Below, in pieces: positions 1-7,697 of a stretch of DNA of 64,000 bases. Where the stretch lies: positions 141 to 64,140 of the forward strand of contig CANRMP010000013.1 of the NCBI GenBank assembly GCA_947631765.1. The letters run 5' to 3'. The stretch comes from an uncultured Clostridia bacterium. GTDB lineage: Bacteria; Bacillota; Clostridia; Oscillospirales; CAG-272. The position numbers and the translations under genes are program-made. The notes under the pieces are model-generated. The model was not told where the DNA came from. It did not search any database and saw nothing but the letters and a program-made list of their open reading frames with translations. How positions within the stretch are numbered: the first letter of the stretch is position 1; each line of letters begins with the position of its first letter.

Positions 1-1
1 G

Positions 2-187
2 CTCCCCACACATACGGTAGTACGGAACTTTGAAGGACTGGAGAAGGAGTCTATTATTCTATCGGAGCAGATACGGACTGTTGACAAACAACGCCTGCGG
101 GAGTATGTAGGAACTCTCGGCGGGCGTTTTCTTATTGAAGTGAACACCGCATTGGCAATCAGTATCGGACTGCAAAAAAAGGATTAG
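2..187 (+). CDS. MazF/PemK-family type II toxin, C-terminal part (start lies left of the window)
   Basis: Frame-2 translation LPTHTVVRNFEGLEKESIILSEQIRTVDKQRLREYVGTLGGRFLIEVNTALAISIGLQKKD* has the conserved MazF/PemK C-terminal pattern (S-x-x-L-x-EQIRT-x-DK-x-RL). It is absent from the ORF track because no start lies in the window. Confidence 0.6.
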   Translation, partial: LPTHTVVRNFEGLEKESIILSEQIRTVDKQRLREYVGTLGGRFLIEVNTALAISIGLQKKD

Positions 188-231
188 CCCCCTCGTTATA
201 TGGGACAATCACAGGCTCATATACTTATTGA

Positions 232-459
232 GAACGAGGGAGGTGTTGGCTACTGAAGCATAGAGAATTTGTTTATGTAGGCGCTCCTGTTCCAGATTTG
301 GATGGGCAGGAATACGCAGCGTTCCTTTTGAACATTCAAAAGTCAATCCTCTTTTCTTTGGAACAGAGAAAACTATTGACCCCTTCACAGCGGGAACGCT
401 GTTTGGTTGCGCTTGAAAATCAATACAGTCAAAAAGAGAGGAATAAGCGCCAAGCATAG
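232..459 (+). other. Start-less open frame, either a small CDS or a gene remnant inside the mobile element
   Basis: Frame 1 is open from 232 to TAG 457-459 (..REFVYVGAPVPDLDGQEYAAFLLNIQKSILFSLEQRKLLTPSQRERCLVALENQYSQKERNKRQA*). There is no ATG and only an internal TTG. It ends inside a terminator hairpin. No family recognised. Confidence 0.2.
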
Positions 460-475
460 CCGCTTGGCGTTTTTA
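447..475 (+). terminator. Rho-independent terminator
   Basis: Stem GCGCCAAGC (447-455) pairs with GCTTGGCG(T) (462-470) and is followed by a T-run. Confidence 0.55.
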
Positions 476-582
476 CATATAGAGAAATGTGCAAATTTGA
501 AATTCGCACATTCGACAGAACCACCGCCCTTATTTACAATAGAAATAACGGCAGCAGAGGTTGCCGGGAAAGGAGCATTGGA

Positions 583-2271
583 ATGAACAAATACGAACTC
601 TTAAACCAAGAGCGTAAATTCGTTGATAAGAAAAAACGAGTTGCAGCTTATTGCCGAGTTTCAACCGATAACGAGGATCAAGCAAACTCTTTTGAAAGTC
701 AGCAGCGGTATTTCCGGCAATATATCGAGCGCAATCCCGATTGGGAGCTTTATGAGATATTTGCCGACGAGGGAATATCCGGCACGAACACCAAGAAGCG
801 CAAAGAGTTTAACCGCATGATTGCCTGCGCTAAAAACGGGGATTTTGATTTGATTATCACAAAAGAGATCTCCCGCTTTGCCAGAAACACGCTCGACAGC
901 ATTTACTATACCCGTGACTTGAAAAAGCATGGTGTAGGTGTTATCTTTATGAATGACAACATCAACACGATGGACGGCGACGCAGAGCTGCGCCTTGCCA
1001 TTATGTCCTCTATCGCACAGGAGGAAAGCCGAAAGACCTCGGAGCGTGTGAAGTGGGGGCAGAAACGCCAGATGGAACAAGGCGTCGTTTTCGGCAGGGA
1101 TATGCTCGGTTACGATGTCCGTGGCGGCAAGATGTATATCAATGAAGAAGGGGCAAAAATCGTCCGCCTTATCTTTCATAAGTTTGTTGTTGAGGGAAAA
1201 GGCACTCATGTTATCGCCCGTGAGCTTCGGGAGGAAGGCATTGAACCTATGCGGGTAAAGGAATGGCAGAACACGGTTATTCTCCGCATTATCCGCAACG
1301 AAAAATACTGCGGCGATCTGGTACAGAAAAAGACTTATACGCCGGACTTCCTATCCCATGAGAAAAAGTACAACCGTGGGCAGGAAGAATTCGTCATTAT
1401 TAAAGATCACCATGAGCCAATCATTTCCCGTGAGCTGTTTGATGAAGCCAATCGGATTTTAGACGAACGCTCTTTATCGCCGGAGGGGAAAGCGAAGCAC
1501 TCAAACCGCTATCCGTTCTCTGGAAAAATCAAATGCGGGTGCTGCGGCGCAAGCTATGTGGCAAGGTATAAGACCCGCAAGGACGGAAGCCGATATAAGG
1601 CATGGCGTTGTCTGGAAGCTGCTCGAAACGGCAGCCCGCATATAGATAAGGCGGGCAATCAAGTCGGTTGCACAGCCCCAAGTATCCGAAACGAGGACGC
1701 AACACATCTCATGTATCTCGTTACCAAAGACTTAAAATTCAACCGACAGAAAATCACGGATAACCTACTTTCCATTATCAAATCCATTATCGCTATGGAT
1801 ACCACAGGGTCGGATGTAGAAAAGCTGAAAGCGAAAATCAAAGCGATCGAGGAAAACCGAGCAAAGCTGATTGACCTCTATATGTCGAATGTCATAACCA
1901 AAGAGGAATTTGCAGACGCCAGAGCAAAGTACGACAGTGAAATTGCCGAGCTGCAATCGGTCATCGACAGCATTGATAAACAGCAGTCCATGATAAAGCA
2001 GCAGCAGGAGCTTATCAGAGAGATCAGCGATGCGATCAAAGAGATCGTCGGCGGCGTGGAATACGAAGATGAGTTTTACAAACGGATATTGGATAAGATG
2101 GTTGTGAATGACCGTGACAATATAGATGTGTACCTGCATTTACTTCCAATCAAGTGGAGCTATACGGTTGCAAAAGCGTCAAAAAAAGCGTTAGCCCCTA
2201 AAATGACGCATTTTAGGGGCTTCTCTACCGATATCGGTAAGCATTCCGGCAACCTTGCGGTCGGGCATTGA
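583..2271 (+). CDS. Large serine recombinase (resolvase catalytic domain, recombinase domain, zinc ribbon, coiled coil)
   Basis: The N-terminus KRVAAYCRVSTDNEDQANSFESQ carries the serine-recombinase nucleophile motif. A Cys-rich zinc ribbon (KCGCCGASY..WRC) and a long coiled-coil tail follow. Start moved from ORF-track 487 to ATG 583, which sits behind the RBS GGAAAGGAG. The 3' end reads across the junction into cotJC DNA. Confidence 0.9.
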   Translation: MNKYELLNQERKFVDKKKRVAAYCRVSTDNEDQANSFESQQRYFRQYIERNPDWELYEIFADEGISGTNTKKRKEFNRMIACAKNGDFDLIITKEISRFARNTLDSIYYTRDLKKHGVGVIFMNDNINTMDGDAELRLAIMSSIAQEESRKTSERVKWGQKRQMEQGVVFGRDMLGYDVRGGKMYINEEGAKIVRLIFHKFVVEGKGTHVIARELREEGIEPMRVKEWQNTVILRIIRNEKYCGDLVQKKTYTPDFLSHEKKYNRGQEEFVIIKDHHEPIISRELFDEANRILDERSLSPEGKAKHSNRYPFSGKIKCGCCGASYVARYKTRKDGSRYKAWRCLEAARNGSPHIDKAGNQVGCTAPSIRNEDATHLMYLVTKDLKFNRQKITDNLLSIIKSIIAMDTTGSDVEKLKAKIKAIEENRAKLIDLYMSNVITKEEFADARAKYDSEIAELQSVIDSIDKQQSMIKQQQELIREISDAIKEIVGGVEYEDEFYKRILDKMVVNDRDNIDVYLHLLPIKWSYTVAKASKKALAPKMTHFRGFSTDIGKHSGNLAVGH

Positions 2272-2412
2272 GAATCTCTGATTAAGATATCTCATTGACG
2301 CGCCGAGCTCCCCGTCCGGTCCGCCGAGCTGGCTGATTATGATTTTAGCCGCGCAGGGATTGGGATTTTTGATTTTTACAGGGTATTCAAGTTTTTTCTC
2401 GTAAGTCCACAT
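2191..2412 (-). pseudogene. cotJC: cotJC (manganese-catalase-like spore coat protein), 5' fragment only, interrupted by the element
   Basis: MWTYEKKLEYPVKIKNPNPCAAKIIISQLGGPDGELGASMRYLNQRFSMPDRKVAGMLTDIG follows the CotJC N-terminus up to the conserved LTDIG(TEE). After about residue 62 (about nt 2227) the sequence is unrelated (REAPKMRHFRG*). Full-length CotJC is about three times longer. Confidence 0.8.
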
Positions 2413-2666
2413 CAGATATTAGCCTCCAATTCCCACGGCCACGGCGTTTTGGTCCATTCCCAAGAGTCTTTATCAAGGGTGGAGTTTGCCGTCAGAGGAC
2501 CGTATTTTTCGGTATATTCCTCAACCGCCTTTTTGTACATGCAGTATATTTTCCGGCTGTATTCAAACGCCTCGTCGCTCTCGTATGCGTCAAGGTACAG
2601 CCCGTTATCGATAAGAGTGAAGCCAAGCTCCTGTATAGTTTTTAAAAGACTTTTTCTTTCGCTCAT
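2412..2666 (-). CDS. cotJB: Spore coat protein CotJB
   Basis: 84 aa with the CotJB pattern (LLKTIQELGFTLIDNGLYLD..., C-terminal PWPWE). Its stop overlaps the cotJC start, giving the cotJA-B-C operon order. Confidence 0.85.
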   Translation of the reverse strand: MSERKSLLKTIQELGFTLIDNGLYLDAYESDEAFEYSRKIYCMYKKAVEEYTEKYGPLTANSTLDKDSWEWTKTPWPWELEANI

Positions 2667-2968
2667 TTTCCCTCCCTATTTGAGCACGGGCAGAAGGGCT
2701 TGTATAGCTCTTCGAAAATCGTCCCTTTTTGAAGGGCAGCTGCCGGGTCAAATATATCCTTCCATTTTTGATAGGGAGCGTATACCATTGCAAGCACATC
2801 CTGAGGCGCTGTGTTGCTCCGGTTGCAGGTCGAGCTCTTGCGATGCTCATCCTCGGCGCTACTGTTGCGATACGCATTTGAAGCACCGGGATTTCTATTT
2901 CCGCTTTGCTGATTGCTTGCCCAGACCGGAATGTTTCTCACGCTCCTGCCGGTTCTTTGAAAATTCAT
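2663..2968 (-). CDS. cotJA: Spore coat-associated protein CotJA
   Basis: The C-terminal half LAMVYAPYQKWKDIFDPAAALQKGTIFEELYKPF matches the CotJA signature. It overlaps cotJB by 4 nt. Confidence 0.8.
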   Translation of the reverse strand: MNFQRTGRSVRNIPVWASNQQSGNRNPGASNAYRNSSAEDEHRKSSTCNRSNTAPQDVLAMVYAPYQKWKDIFDPAAALQKGTIFEELYKPFCPCSNREGK

Positions 2969-3134
2969 TATAAACCTCCGTTCCGCCCGAGGTCGGGCGG
3001 ATTGATTTGTTTTTCTTGAGAGATTTTTGGTCTCTGTTATATTTTATGAGTATCGCCGGATTATGTGAAAGCTGCATTGGGAAAATTCACGCAAAAAATC
3101 ACGTTTTCCGTCGCTTGACATCGCGGCGCGCCGA

Positions 3135-3163
3135 TTGACTTTTCGGCGTTTGTGTGATACAAT
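3135..3163 (+). promoter_or_regulatory. Sigma-A-type promoter for bcp
   Basis: TTGACT (3135-3140), 17-nt spacer ending in TGA, then TACAAT (3158-3163). Confidence 0.5.
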
Positions 3164-3290
3164 CATAAATGGGAAAAGTCATGAAAACCCGCCGAAAAAA
3201 TGTGTGCGACAAATAATTTACCGCGTTATATTAACGACTTTTTTCGGCTGCTCGGACAATTTCCTTAAATTTGATATATGGAGGCAAAAA

Positions 3291-3743
3291 ATGCTTGAAA
3301 CAGGAATGAAGGCTCCGGAGTTCACACTGCCGGACAAGGACGGACGCATGGTGTCGTTATCGGATTTTATCGGGAAAAAGGTGGTGCTGTATTTTTACCC
3401 CAAGGACAATACGCCCGGATGCACAAGACAGGCGTGCGCCTTTGCGGCATCATATGAGGGCTTTAGAAGCAAAAATGCGGTTGTTATCGGAATCAGCCGC
3501 GACAGCGTCGCCTCACACGTGAAATTTGCGGAAAAATATAACCTTCCGTTTATTCTTCTCTCGGATACCGAGCTTAATGTTATCAAAGAATACGGCGTTT
3601 GGCAGGAAAAGAAGCTGTACGGCAAGGTGAGTATGGGAGTTGTGCGCACCACCTTCGTTGTTGATGAAAAAGGCAACATAACAAGAGTGATGCGAAACGT
3701 CAAGCCGGACACAAATGCGGCGCAGGTTTTAGAGGCTCTTTGA
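3291..3743 (+). CDS. bcp: Thioredoxin-dependent peroxiredoxin Bcp
   Basis: KAPEFTLPDKDGRMVSLSDF..VVLYFYPKDNTPGCTRQAC is the Bcp/PrxQ active-site motif. Start moved to ATG 3291, behind the GGAGG RBS. Confidence 0.9.
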   Translation: MLETGMKAPEFTLPDKDGRMVSLSDFIGKKVVLYFYPKDNTPGCTRQACAFAASYEGFRSKNAVVIGISRDSVASHVKFAEKYNLPFILLSDTELNVIKEYGVWQEKKLYGKVSMGVVRTTFVVDEKGNITRVMRNVKPDTNAAQVLEAL

Positions 3744-3883
3744 AATTCTCATAATATTTCCCTGCCAAGCAGAGAGGCGCTTATGCAACGCCAAAATGCC
3801 GACCTTTTGGCAGGGTGGGCTTATTTTGCCAAGGCGTATTGCCGCCGGCAAAAAATATCTTCACATTTGGGAGGTGACGCTCA

Positions 3884-5380
3884 ATGACAAAACCGGTTAA
3901 TCTCTATCTCTTGTCACGAATAAACAATGAGGTCGCGTACCGCCGCGTGGAAAAGCACTCCTCAGGCAAAGAGGAGGAAAAAAGGACTCAAATTCATGAA
4001 ATCAACTCTTTAAGGGAGATAGTGGACGCGCTCCTTGATTACGGAATATCCATAAATACGCTTGACGGCTTTTTTCTCAGCTATCAAATCCCGCAAATAG
4101 GCAAGGAATTTGACCTCCTCAAATTCACACCCTCCCGCTGTCTTAACATTGAGCTTAAAAGCCGCGCCGTACCGGTCGAAGATATCTTGGATCAGCTGAG
4201 AAAGAACAGACACTACCTTTCGCATTTAGGAAAAGACACGAGATTTTTTACGGTTATAACAAATTCTCTGACCTCTTACAGGCTGACACAGGACAACAAT
4301 TTGCAAAAAGTCGACTTTTCCGAAGTTGCAGGCGCAGTGCTTGACTTTAGCGACAATTATCTAACGCAAATAGATAATATGTTCAGAGCCTCAGACTACT
4401 TGGTGTCTCCCTTGAATACGCCCGAAAAATTCATCAACGGCGAATATTTTTTGACCCAAGCGCAAGAACAAATAAAAAAAGAGGTGATAAGAGACATTCT
4501 CACCCTCGGGCACAGCGGTTTTTACAGTATTGTCGGCAAGCCCGGCACAGGTAAAACTCTGCTCATTTACGATATTGCAAAAGAGCTTTCAAAAAAAGAC
4601 AAAACGGCAATTATCCATTGCGGCAAGCTTTCCGACGGACAGCGAAAGCTTCGGACAAAAATCAAGAATTTTAACGTTATCGGCGCAAATACGCTCAAAA
4701 GCCGGCTGGAAATTGTCGATAACTATCGCTTTATTCTCGTCGATGAATCTCACAGGTTTTATCCGAGACAATTTGAAGATCTTTGCGGCAAGGTTATAAA
4801 TAACAGGCAAATATGCATTTTTTCCTCCGACCCTGAGCAGGTACTCTCAACCGCCGAGAAAAAGAACGCCATTTTCAGCAAAATATCGGCGCTTCCCTTG
4901 CTTGGAAAGTACGAGCTTTCGGAAAAAATCCGCACCAACAAAGAGCTTGCTTCATTTATAAACTCGGTTAGAAACCTAAATATAAAGCCGCGTGTTCCCA
5001 TGAGCTATAATAACGTTTCCCTTTCCTATGCAAACTCGGTCGATGAGGCAAAGAAAATAATAAAGTATTACAAAAATCAAAATTATGTATTTATAAATTA
5101 CTCAAAATCCAACTATAATTACAGCCCATATTCCGAATATGAGGAGGATTTTGATACGCACCACGTTATCGGACAGGAGTTTGACAACGTGCTTATGCTC
5201 CTTGATAAATCCTTTTATTATGATGAAAACAACATACTGCAAGGTGTTCCGCATCCGAATCCGGATTACCTGTACCCGAATTTGTTCTATCAAGGCATTA
5301 CGCGTGTTCGTGAAAAAATCGCCCTCGTGGTCGTCGACGCCCCGGAATTATTTGAAAAAATATCCTCAATTGTCGAATAG
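3884..5380 (+). CDS. DUF2075-type P-loop ATPase (helicase-like) with an N-terminal PD-(D/E)XK/NERD-like region
   Basis: Walker A GKPGTGKTLL, Walker B ILVDESHRF, and a C-terminal VIGQEFDNVLML..YQGITRVREK typical of DUF2075/UvrD_C-like ends. The N-terminal FDLLKF..LNIELKS resembles a nuclease core. RBS GGGAGG. Confidence 0.7.
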   Translation: MTKPVNLYLLSRINNEVAYRRVEKHSSGKEEEKRTQIHEINSLREIVDALLDYGISINTLDGFFLSYQIPQIGKEFDLLKFTPSRCLNIELKSRAVPVEDILDQLRKNRHYLSHLGKDTRFFTVITNSLTSYRLTQDNNLQKVDFSEVAGAVLDFSDNYLTQIDNMFRASDYLVSPLNTPEKFINGEYFLTQAQEQIKKEVIRDILTLGHSGFYSIVGKPGTGKTLLIYDIAKELSKKDKTAIIHCGKLSDGQRKLRTKIKNFNVIGANTLKSRLEIVDNYRFILVDESHRFYPRQFEDLCGKVINNRQICIFSSDPEQVLSTAEKKNAIFSKISALPLLGKYELSEKIRTNKELASFINSVRNLNIKPRVPMSYNNVSLSYANSVDEAKKIIKYYKNQNYVFINYSKSNYNYSPYSEYEEDFDTHHVIGQEFDNVLMLLDKSFYYDENNILQGVPHPNPDYLYPNLFYQGITRVREKIALVVVDAPELFEKISSIVE

Positions 5381-5448
5381 CGCGGCGTTGTTGAACAAAT
5401 TAAACAAACTAAGCAGGAGACTCCCCGACAAATGGGCAAAAACACACC

Positions 5449-5490
5449 CAACAGCCGCGCGAGGTTACTCACGCGGCTGTTGATGTTTTA
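5449..5490 (+). terminator. Rho-independent terminator
   Basis: CAACAGCCGCG (5449-5459) pairs with CGCGGCTGTTG (5472-5482), followed by a T-rich tail. Confidence 0.6.
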
Positions 5491-5539
5491 TTCTCTGCCG
5501 ATGCTAAAGCGCTTTTTGATAAAATGCATATAAAAAAAT

Positions 5540-5792
5540 TGTCCGCTTCGCGGACACATCATAAACCTATTCACTATTACCTATTACTTATTACTTTAAC
5601 CTGTTTGTCCGCGGAGCGGACACAGCTTCAATGAAGCATCGCCTTCGGCGATATGATGTTACGCCTGCGGCGTAATGATGCTGCGCGCGTAGCGCGCAGT
5701 GATGCGATGCTTGCCCTCATGTACCGAAGGCACATATCATTAGGCGAAGCCGATATCATTGGGCAAAACCCATATCGTTTGACAGCCGCGCT
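5540..5792. repeat. Array of short GC-rich perfect hairpins with 3-nt loops
   Basis: Perfect hairpins at 5540-5556, 5606-5622, 5638-5652, 5659-5675, 5681-5699 and 5775-5791. Stems are 6-8 bp and the loops are TTC, GGA, TTC, TGC, GTA and TAC. They are separated by ATGATG/ATCATT-like spacers. Confidence 0.6.
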
Positions 5793-5815
5793 ACGCGCGG
5801 CTTGGCAAACATCAT

Positions 5816-5850
5816 TGAACAAGGCGTTTGCCTTTGCAAACGCCTTGTTC
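5816..5850 (-). terminator. Strong hairpin immediately downstream of the tRNA pair
   Basis: GAACAAGGCGTTTGC pairs with GCAAACGCCTTGTTC (15 bp, 5-nt loop). There is no clear U-tract on the minus strand, so its terminator function is uncertain. Confidence 0.4.
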
Positions 5851-5935
5851 TGGTGGGGGATGGTGGATTCGGACCACCGAAGTCAGTGACAACAGATTTA
5901 CAGTCTGCCCCCTTTGGCCGCTCGGGAAATCCCCC
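5851..5935 (-). tRNA. tRNA-Tyr (anticodon GTA), long variable arm, CCA encoded
   Basis: Reverse complement is GGGGGATTTCCCGAGCGGCCAAAGGGGGCAGACTGTAAATCTGTTGTCACTGACTTCGGTGGTCCGAATCCACCATCCCCCACCA. The acceptor, D, anticodon (CAGA/CTGTAAA/TCTG) and T arms fold by eye. Confidence 0.9.
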
Positions 5936-6010
5936 TGGAGCTGGTGATCGGAGTCGAACCAACAACCTGCTGATTACAAATCAGCTGCTCTGCCATTGAG
6001 CCACACCAGC
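5936..6010 (-). tRNA. tRNA-Thr (anticodon TGT), CCA encoded
   Basis: Reverse complement is GCTGGTGTGGCTCAATGGCAGAGCAGCTGATTTGTAATCAGCAGGTTGTTGGTTCGACTCCGATCACCAGCTCCA. The anticodon arm is GCTGA/TTTGTAA/TCAGC. Confidence 0.9.
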
Positions 6011-6041
6011 ATTTTTTATTGAATTTTCAGTGGCGAAAGTC

Positions 6042-6070
6042 ATTATATCACATTTAAAAAGCTTTGTCAA
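6042..6070 (-). promoter_or_regulatory. Consensus sigma-A promoter for the tRNA-Thr/Tyr operon
   Basis: Minus strand reads TTGACA (6070-6065), 17-nt spacer, TATAAT (6047-6042), about 30 nt upstream of tRNA-Thr. Confidence 0.7.
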
Positions 6071-6469
6071 CAGTTTTTTTAAAAAATATTAAGCCTTCCG
6101 AAAGTTCTTTCCGACGCCTTCTTAAAACCGTTTCGGCGTTAATTCTTTTAAGCTTAACTGTGCGCTTTTATTTTCGCATGGCGCGGTTGTTGGAGCGGCA
6201 TAATATAAGCGTGACGCAATAAGCACAATATAAGATATGAAGAATTTATATAGACAAAAACTTACGGACATGCAAGCTATCCTTCGCGCCTCAAGGCTCC
6301 GCCCGAATCGCTTGAAAATTCAAGCTTTTTTTCGCTTTTTTCTTGTTGCAAATGCGTATTCTTTTTTCTGAATTTCGCTTCATCCTTCTCTTAATAAAAA
6401 TTTATTAATATTTCCAAGTAAATTAATGTAAGTCAATAAATAATTAATAAATAATTTTCACCTTTCCGA

Positions 6470-6498
6470 TTTACAAAACGCGTATTTTGTGCTACAAT
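6470..6498 (+). promoter_or_regulatory. Sigma-A-type promoter for prs
   Basis: TTTACA (6470-6475), 17-nt spacer ending in TGC (extended -10), TACAAT (6493-6498). Confidence 0.45.
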
Positions 6499-6553
6499 TA
6501 GACGGGTCAAAAAGTTGACTGCTGTTAAAACAAAACGGAAGGTAAAAAAGTGT

Positions 6554-7672
6554 ATGGAAGAATTATTCGGCAAACTGAGCGTTATCTGCATGAAGGGCAG
6601 CGAGGCATTTGTAGGAGAGGTTGACAATTATATCAGAGCTTGGAGAGGTTCGACCGAGAGCTTCATCGTTGCGGCGGAATGTCCGCGTTTCGGAAGCGGC
6701 GAAGGTAAGGGACTTTTGCACGAAACTTTGAGAGGTCACGACGTGTATATCATCTGCGACGTTTTCAATTACGGCGTCACATATAAGATGTACGGTCAGA
6801 CCGTCCCGATGAGTCCGGACGAGCATTTTGCCGATCTCAAGCGCATCATAGGCGCCATAGGTGGCAAGGCAAGAAGAATTAACGTAATAATGCCCATGCT
6901 TTACGAGGGCAGACAGCACAAACGCTCCGCAAGAGAATCGCTTGACTGCGCAATGGCGCTTCAGGAGCTGACCTCTTTGGGGGTTACCAACATTCTGACC
7001 TTTGACGCTCACGACGCGAGAGTTCAGAACGCAATTCCTCTTAACGGCTTTGAAAACGTACGCGCCACCTATCAGATGATAAAGGCTCTTATAAAGAACG
7101 TCGACGGTCTGGTGCTCAACCGTGACAATCTTACCATAGTTTCACCCGACGAGGGCGGTATGTCCCGCTGTATTTACTATTCTTCCGTTTTAAAGCTCGA
7201 TCTCGGAATGTTTTATAAACGCCGCAACTATGCAAAAATAGTTAACGGGCGCAATCCCATTGAGGCTCACGAATATCTCGGACAGAGCGTCGAGGGCAAA
7301 GACGTGATAATTGTCGACGACATGATCTCCTCAGGCGATTCGGTTATCGAGGTTGCCGAAAAGCTTAAAGAAAAAGGTGCGCGGCGCATATTTGTCTTTG
7401 CGACCTTCGGTCTTTTCTGCAACGGGCTTCAAAATATCGACGAGGCTTACAGCAAGGGCGTTATAGACCGAATATTCACCACAAATCTTATTTACCGAAC
7501 AGATGAGCTCAAAGCCAGACCGTGGTATTGCGAGGTCAATATGTGCAAATATGTCGCTTTGCTTATCGACACTTTAAACCACGATGATTCCATAAGCACT
7601 CTGCTGAATCCTGCCGAAAAGATTCGCTCGTATGTAGACAACGCTACGGCAGCCGGAAGGATAAAGCAATAA
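6554..7672 (+). CDS. prs: Ribose-phosphate pyrophosphokinase (PRPP synthetase, long clostridial form)
   Basis: RINVIMPMLYEGRQHKR, TFDAHD, IVSPDEGG and the PRPP-binding loop VIIVDDMISSGDS. Start set at ATG 6554 (the ORF-track start at 6515 is TTG). Confidence 0.85.
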   Translation: MEELFGKLSVICMKGSEAFVGEVDNYIRAWRGSTESFIVAAECPRFGSGEGKGLLHETLRGHDVYIICDVFNYGVTYKMYGQTVPMSPDEHFADLKRIIGAIGGKARRINVIMPMLYEGRQHKRSARESLDCAMALQELTSLGVTNILTFDAHDARVQNAIPLNGFENVRATYQMIKALIKNVDGLVLNRDNLTIVSPDEGGMSRCIYYSSVLKLDLGMFYKRRNYAKIVNGRNPIEAHEYLGQSVEGKDVIIVDDMISSGDSVIEVAEKLKEKGARRIFVFATFGLFCNGLQNIDEAYSKGVIDRIFTTNLIYRTDELKARPWYCEVNMCKYVALLIDTLNHDDSISTLLNPAEKIRSYVDNATAAGRIKQ

Positions 7673-7697
7673 CTCCGCGTTATAGGGGGCAAATAAA

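Larger units (their letters stand above)
1..2225. mobile_element. Right end of an integrated element (prophage or ICE-like) inserted in cotJC; the body lies left of the window
   Basis: Toxin fragment plus terminal large serine recombinase, directly abutting a truncated cotJC. Homology to CotJC stops around 2215-2227. The exact att core cannot be determined from one end. Confidence 0.6.

Noticed and set aside
209-457. 82-aa minus-strand ORF from the track
   Set aside because: It has no RBS and no recognisable family. It lies antisense to a plus-strand open frame that ends in a terminator. Most likely a chance ORF.
487-582. N-terminal extensions in the ORF track (487, 3135, 6515, 17489, 28810, 36698, 40074, 41306, 44767, 46080, 46880, 62341)
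   Set aside because: In each case an internal ATG with a good Shine-Dalgarno sequence matches the family's usual N-terminus. The upstream part is non-homologous or overlaps regulatory or IS sequence.
2449-2973. 174-aa plus-strand ORF, plus the 93-aa minus-strand ORF at 2605-2886
   Set aside because: Both lie over the well-supported cotJA/cotJB genes (one antisense, one out of frame) and have low-complexity Ser/Arg/Cys-rich composition.
5628-5999. Four 64-78-aa ORFs (5628-5822, 5653-5889, 5756-5965, 5802-5999)
   Set aside because: They overlap the hairpin array and the tRNA-Tyr/tRNA-Thr genes, and their Arg/Ala-rich translations come from GC-rich palindromes. They are not coding.
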